Part shown: one piece after another, positions 59,360 to 64,000 of the stretch
Layout of the letters: every line of letters begins with the position of its first letter
Numbering within the stretch: the stretch's first letter is position 1
From: a virus
Reading direction: 5' to 3' (one strand)
DNA: 64,000 nucleotides
IMG/VR virus record: IMGVR_UViG_3300040801_001492
Location: 37,446-101,445 of that record
Translations under genes and position numbers: made by a program
Notes under the pieces: generated by a model
Databases searched by the model: none
What the model was told of the DNA's origin: nothing
The model's input: only the letters and a program-made list of their open reading frames with translations

Positions 59360-59770
59360 TTATCTGTCTGAGACTATCTCCCCTAAATTCTCTCGTCCGT
59401 TTTTTTTTATATCCCATATCTCTATTATCTCAAGTACCTCCTCTGTGCTTACTGCATGGTCTAACATGAACTGTTTGAGGTTATCATCTGACTTTAAAAG
59501 GTAATCAGCCTTAGTATTCACCCTATCTACTTTCGTATCCACAACCCTTACCTGACGAGAGAGTGAGCCTATGGAGTCCATCACAAGGTCAAAGTTCTGC
59601 TGAAGTTCTCTGAACTCCTGTGACTGCATCTCCATATCCTCATTGGCCTCATGTCTACCTATTATCCAGTTGTTGTAAACAGCTATCCCTCCTGCCACGC
59701 TGACAACAGTACCAGCTATCACCGTTGCTGTCTTAGCCCATGTTGTCATCTTTTTAAACCACTTCCACAT
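59360..59770 (-). CDS. N-terminal TM + coiled-coil protein (holin/spanin-like), possible -1 frameshift extension to 59310
   Basis: TM at aa ~12-33, coiled coil, A9 run at 59400-59408. Confidence 0.65.
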   Translation of the reverse strand: MWKWFKKMTTWAKTATVIAGTVVSVAGGIAVYNNWIIGRHEANEDMEMQSQEFRELQQNFDLVMDSIGSLSRQVRVVDTKVDRVNTKADYLLKSDDNLKQFMLDHAVSTEEVLEIIEIWDIKKNGRENLGEIVSDR

Positions 59771-59773
59771 ATA

Positions 59774-60136
59774 TTATAAAAGGTTTTGTATTATTATCAT
59801 TGTTCCTGCAAATATACACATTATTCTACCAAAGAGCATAGCCCAGCAAGGAGGGTTAAATAGCATAACAAACTTATCCCATAAAGATGTTGTTCCTATA
59901 AGGCATATTGGTAGTTTTCTTGTTATGTTGTATGTGACATCAAATAAACCCACTCTTAGTAGTATATAAGAGGCTATGAGCCACTCAAAGCCCTCTGTGT
60001 AGTATAAGGGTACTAAGAGCAGAGATAATACGCTGAGGGCTCTTAAAACATGCCCTACGGTCTTTCTATTACTATCATTCAAAGCATCTCCTGATGCTCC
60101 GAGTAATATGTTTAGTATGTAAAGAATTAGTATCAT
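59774..60136 (-). CDS. multi-TM membrane protein
   Basis: Three to four hydrophobic segments, FD..YN..R.LP...IG.TS.WD motif. Confidence 0.65.
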   Translation of the reverse strand: MILILYILNILLGASGDALNDSNRKTVGHVLRALSVLSLLLVPLYYTEGFEWLIASYILLRVGLFDVTYNITRKLPICLIGTTSLWDKFVMLFNPPCWAMLFGRIMCIFAGTMIIIQNLL

Positions 60137-60447
60137 TTGATTATTGTTTTATCGTCAATGGGTTTAATATCTATTGGCTTGACATCAATAGGTACTTTCT
60201 GTACTTCCAATTCTTTGACTGTTTCTTCATCAAGAGCATCTTTTGTAAGAGGCACTTTGTCTGTCTTGAGTATATTGACAAGCAGTTCTTTTGTGTCTGC
60301 CTCTTTAATCTCCGTGTTGGGAGGAAAGAATGTTCTTGACCAGAAGTTCTGCTTTTCAAGTGTACCCCTCCAAACGTCATCAGGCTTTTTGTAGAAGAAG
60401 TATTTTCCTCCACTTACCTTTACTGCATCTTTTATTTCGTCTGCCAT
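60133..60447 (-). CDS. hypothetical protein with C-terminal [VK]PID repeats
   Basis: KVPIDVKPIDIKPIDD. Confidence 0.6.
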   Translation of the reverse strand: MADEIKDAVKVSGGKYFFYKKPDDVWRGTLEKQNFWSRTFFPPNTEIKEADTKELLVNILKTDKVPLTKDALDEETVKELEVQKVPIDVKPIDIKPIDDKTIIK

Positions 60448-60451
60448 AATA

Positions 60452-63040
60452 TTATCCGCTTAATGTTACTTGTTTAATTGAAATATTGTCTATGTAAACG
60501 CCTCCGTTGTTTGTTGCACTTAACTCTCTTGCATTTATATATCTAAAATTAGCACTATATGTAAAATATACTGTGGATTCTTTATATGTTGTATCACCAG
60601 CATATAATACATCTGAATACCATCCGCTTGGACTTGTACCAGATAAACCCATTTGCACCCTCCAGCCTCCACCTGTACCAATATGTCTATAATTTATAAT
60701 AACCCTATAAATATTTCCTTCTGTGTATAATGATTCTAAATCAACTTTAATATTTGCCTCATTGGTGGGCGTCGTATTACTTTCCACTTTAAGAGCATAA
60801 CTCCCTGCTTGAACATTCACAGATTCAACCGACAATACAGCGTTATTAGCAGCCGTCCACCCCGTTGTGGCATTATACTCACCCGTAATCTTCTGAGCCG
60901 ATATTGCCTCAGCCACGTAAGCCACAGGAATAATAAAGCTGTCTAAGTCCTCACCCTCTTCGGGCAGTACGTAATGAGTGCCTGTGTAATTGGTTGAGCC
61001 TGCTATCTCTTTGGTGACGGTGAGCTTGTGGCATGAAAAGTTATCTATGTCGCCTATGAAGTCTGCGTCTGCTCTTATGTATATTCTACGAGTTGCACTT
61101 GGATCATCTTCTTTCATAACAAAAGTATAAGTACCGTTTGCGTTAATACTGGTAGAAATATAAGTTAATGAACTTGTATATATTCTTTCTATACTACCAG
61201 CACTATAATTAGAAACTGTAAACTTTACAATAGCTGCTTCTCCTGCGACTATTCCTGTGATCTGTTGTAAATAACTACCACTTGCCTGACTCCCATCACA
61301 ACTCACAACATTACTCAAAGCCCCAGCACCATCAACCCCGGGATGCCATCCAATTCCCTCAGTCCATTCTGTTAAACTACAACTCTGTGCACAGTTGCCC
61401 CCTGTGGTTTCGGCTGAACCATACCCTGAAGTGTCGAGTGACGAACCGCCAGCATCAAGCTCAAACGTATCACCTGAGTTATTAGTCAGCTTCCAGTACT
61501 CGCCATTCAATTCAGTCATCTCCGATAGTCCTGAAAAATATATTACATCACCATCTGCATAGCCATGATCTGCATCAAAAGTAACCACTCCGGGATTGGC
61601 TTTTGTTATGCCTGCCACTCCTTTAGCTGCTGCTTTGGTAATATCTGCAAAACCTCCATCAGTAACAAGGTCATCGCCTAAGACTTCTATTTCTTTGACT
61701 GAGACGTTGTCGATGGTGATGTCGCAAGAATCACCACTTGCAGACCTTATGTAAAATCTGTCAGCGGATGACCTAAATACCACAGATGTAGTTCCTGTCC
61801 CCGTTATAGTAGTATCAAGGGGGAACAATCCGCCACCAGTATTATACACCCATAGTTCACCACTCGTTACATCTGTGACATCAATGGAAATAATATAATA
61901 TTTACCAACGTTTAATACTATTTGAGACATATATAAATTTCCACCATCACTAACAATTCTACATTTTCCACTATCTTCTGTAAAGTAATTACCAGCATCT
62001 TCTCCAGTAATACTCCACCCATCAGGGTCATCCCCCGTCCAAGCCGAAAAATCACCATTGGTAACCTCTTCACTCCCCAAAGGCAACATCTTCGTTATAT
62101 CCTGCCCCTGTGTGACCTGTGTGCCTCCATCAATAGTAGCCGCATAATCTGCAAAAGCTGTAATGTCTTCCGTTGCATTGTCATTGGCTGCATTAAGACT
62201 TGTGTAAAGCTCATCACCCAGCACATCATTAAGAGTTATGGTGTTGCCGTTTGCCAGTAAGGTGTTAAGGTCATCATTGCTATCTGCTGTGCGGTGGGCG
62301 TTTGTGCCGTCTACTCGTATTGTGCAGTTGGTGCAGGTCTTGAGTGATGCTATGGCGTTGTCTACTTCTTGGGCTGTCCAGTTGTTGCTAAGAAAATTAA
62401 TAGCAATACCTGAAACCGCCCATGCAGGTGTGTTATTAAATGAAACGTCTGTGGAATAACAATTTATACGGTCATTAATAGATGTTAAAGAATTCCACCC
62501 AGACACATCACCATAAACATCAGTTCCCGTAAGAAATAAAATCTCTAAAGATGTTAAAGCATTCCACCCAGACACATCACCATAAACATCAGTTCCTCCA
62601 CAATTTATGTATGTTAAAGACGTTAATACAGACCATAATGACATATCTCCTGAAACACTTGTCACTCCACAATTAATATAAGTTAAATTAACCAACTTAC
62701 TCCAACTTGATACATCACCACTTACAAAAGCCTGACTGCCTATGTCAATATAAGTTATATCCGTATCATCACCACTTACCCAAAACTTATACTCTCCTGC
62801 TGAAGAATATGAACTGGTCTTGGTGATTAACGTGCTGTCTTGACCAACCACTTCTTCACTTGTGCCATCGCCCCAATAGATTTTTATTGTCTTGGTTGAG
62901 GGGAGTTTAAATTTGAAGTCGAACTGTGTGGCTGTGTAGTCAATGGTTAGGGCTATGTTGGCTGATAAAAAGCCGCCTTTTTTCTTCCTATTAAGTGGCA
63001 GTGGCCCCACGTTAGGGCTATGTCTTAGTCTATGTAACAT
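60452..63040 (-). CDS. modular tail/receptor-binding protein: PKD-like + LRR + CBM-like jelly-rolls + FCCH-like domain
   Basis: IYWGDG, 23-aa LRRs, NGDFSAW...IDNVSVKE / IDNFS / IDNISIKQ CBM-like units, ITKANPGVVT..HG...GD.I. Confidence 0.65.
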   Translation of the reverse strand: MLHRLRHSPNVGPLPLNRKKKGGFLSANIALTIDYTATQFDFKFKLPSTKTIKIYWGDGTSEEVVGQDSTLITKTSSYSSAGEYKFWVSGDDTDITYIDIGSQAFVSGDVSSWSKLVNLTYINCGVTSVSGDMSLWSVLTSLTYINCGGTDVYGDVSGWNALTSLEILFLTGTDVYGDVSGWNSLTSINDRINCYSTDVSFNNTPAWAVSGIAINFLSNNWTAQEVDNAIASLKTCTNCTIRVDGTNAHRTADSNDDLNTLLANGNTITLNDVLGDELYTSLNAANDNATEDITAFADYAATIDGGTQVTQGQDITKMLPLGSEEVTNGDFSAWTGDDPDGWSITGEDAGNYFTEDSGKCRIVSDGGNLYMSQIVLNVGKYYIISIDVTDVTSGELWVYNTGGGLFPLDTTITGTGTTSVVFRSSADRFYIRSASGDSCDITIDNVSVKEIEVLGDDLVTDGGFADITKAAAKGVAGITKANPGVVTFDADHGYADGDVIYFSGLSEMTELNGEYWKLTNNSGDTFELDAGGSSLDTSGYGSAETTGGNCAQSCSLTEWTEGIGWHPGVDGAGALSNVVSCDGSQASGSYLQQITGIVAGEAAIVKFTVSNYSAGSIERIYTSSLTYISTSINANGTYTFVMKEDDPSATRRIYIRADADFIGDIDNFSCHKLTVTKEIAGSTNYTGTHYVLPEEGEDLDSFIIPVAYVAEAISAQKITGEYNATTGWTAANNAVLSVESVNVQAGSYALKVESNTTPTNEANIKVDLESLYTEGNIYRVIINYRHIGTGGGWRVQMGLSGTSPSGWYSDVLYAGDTTYKESTVYFTYSANFRYINARELSATNNGGVYIDNISIKQVTLSG
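62480..62596. repeat. 48-bp direct repeat (69-bp period) within LRR region
   Basis: 62480-62527 and 62549-62596 identical except one base; encodes GTDVYGDVSGWN[AS]LTS. Confidence 0.9.
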
Positions 63041-63043
63041 ATA

Positions 63044-63361
63044 TTAATCTTTTACGTCTTTTATTTTCTTCCTAATAACATTATATATAGCCGAAGCAAG
63101 ACCTAATCCTAATAGCCATGCAACAGTTAAATCTCCTACCTTGGCTACAACAGGTGGTACCATCTGTATAGCATCTATTGTTATATCATTAGATATAACT
63201 AATATTAGTAATGATATGTCTACTAATAGTATAACAGCAAGCTCAGGCCAGTTATCTCTTAACCAGAATATAGGACTAAAACTTACATCTTTCTTTCTCC
63301 TGTTCGCATACCTATTTAAAAAGTAAATCAGTATACCTAATATGTTCATTAATATTTTCAT
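63044..63361 (-). CDS. three-TM membrane protein (holin-like)
   Basis: Three hydrophobic segments, basic C-terminus. Confidence 0.55.
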   Translation of the reverse strand: MKILMNILGILIYFLNRYANRRKKDVSFSPIFWLRDNWPELAVILLVDISLLILVISNDITIDAIQMVPPVVAKVGDLTVAWLLGLGLASAIYNVIRKKIKDVKD

Positions 63362-63999
63362 TTCTTTATGTATATTTTGCCTTTAATAAATGTTACATTC
63401 CCGTCACCGCCTATTATAACTCCTCCTTTGCGTGTTGTAAAACTTACATTGTCACCATAAGAGGTATCTGCTTCATTGGTAGCATAAGCCCTAACGTAAT
63501 ATGTTGTTCCCTCGTCAAGCCCTGTAATGGTAGAGGTAAAGCTCCCTGTGCCAGCACCTTCTTCTGTCTTATCATCTGCTGTTGTGGGGTCTGTTGACGT
63601 AGACCAGCATACGCCTTTTTGACTTACCGTTCCACCACCATCATCATTATTATTACCTATTACAATACAGCCCGTAGTGCTTATGTTGTATGCTTGTCCT
63701 GTTGAAACTGATGGTGCTACCGCAGGGTCTTGTGCTGAATATTCAAATGCTCCTAAGTCTGGCTCATCACCACTAAAGTCAGTTGAATCAATTATTATAC
63801 TTGCCACTATTGTATCAGTCCCTGCATCAATAGCATATGATGTTGATGCTAACTTCAAGAAGTCCAATTCGGGTAACGAGCCGTCAGATTGCCTTGCGCC
63901 CGTTAACCCCGTACTGTCAACTGATATAAAATCAGCATCCGTTATTGTAACCGCCCCTAAATCCCAATCATTATACTCATGTGTATATAGCCCCCCTGA
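63358..63999 (-). CDS. C-terminal part of PL9-like beta-helix lyase fused to FN3 domain (runs off window edge)
   Basis: Frame open to 63999: NDWD...DFISVD..L.GARQSDGSLP..FLKL...AIDAG...PDLGAFE, then FN3 GVCWS...ITGL..GTTYYVRAYATN. Confidence 0.65.
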   Translation of the reverse strand, partial: SGGLYTHEYNDWDLGAVTITDADFISVDSTGLTGARQSDGSLPELDFLKLASTSYAIDAGTDTIVASIIIDSTDFSGDEPDLGAFEYSAQDPAVAPSVSTGQAYNISTTGCIVIGNNNDDGGGTVSQKGVCWSTSTDPTTADDKTEEGAGTGSFTSTITGLDEGTTYYVRAYATNEADTSYGDNVSFTTRKGGVIIGGDGNVTFIKGKIYIKK

Positions 64000-64000
64000 A

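Noticed and set aside
27780-62459. Many + strand ORFs of 60-160 aa inside the large - strand genes
   Set aside because: Antisense shadows of real genes with Ser/Leu-rich composition and no motifs
55487-63361. Complete lysis cassette
   Set aside because: Holin- and spanin-like genes are present but no recognisable endolysin in this window
56412-63999. Diversity-generating retroelement acting on tail genes
   Set aside because: No reverse transcriptase and no TR/VR pair seen; the 48-bp repeat is an in-frame tandem LRR duplication
1-64000. Stop-codon reassignment (TAG or TGA) as in some crAss-like phages
   Set aside because: Long genes are intact in code 11, and TAG/TGA end genes at sensible positions (e.g. 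DLPF-TAG at 8816, many ATGA overlaps)
1-64000. CRISPR array, integrase or IS element
   Set aside because: No spaced direct repeats and no recombinase or transposase motifs seen

Overview
A 64-kb, AT-rich segment of a Bacteroidota-infecting crAss-like (Crassvirales-type) podophage genome in the standard genetic code, organised as two convergent arms. The + arm (1-27172) carries small early/accessory genes and a replication module (initiator-like protein, DnaB helicase, Sak4/AAA ATPase, SSB-like protein, primase, PD-(D/E)XK exonuclease, class II RNR, PolA). It also carries a contiguous six-gene gamma-glutamyl/amide ligase-hydrolase cassette (10663-16950), two metallophosphoesterases and a tRNA(CAU). 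The - arm (64000-27275) carries candidate receptor-binding/depolymerase proteins (PL9-like+FN3, LRR+CBM-like, BNR propeller), membrane/lysis-type genes, tail ring, IHF-like and muzzle proteins, and the ejected cargo proteins. These include a 4579-aa virion RNA polymerase polyprotein with HExxH zincin motifs on both sides of the DFDVD catalytic region. The arms meet at a hairpin terminator. Bacteroidota sigma-A promoters (TTTG-N20-TAnnTTTG) are clearly visible. Best leads: (1) the amidoligase cassette, whose Ntn amidotransferase has a hydrophobic leader before the catalytic Cys; (2) a putative processing/tethering code in the cargo proteins (flanking zincins, xxxGG repeats, juxtaposed terminal cysteines); (3) a candidate -1 frameshift in a membrane protein gene; (4) an initiator-like tRNA with a rewired anticodon stem. 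All calls come from manual motif recognition; no searches were run.
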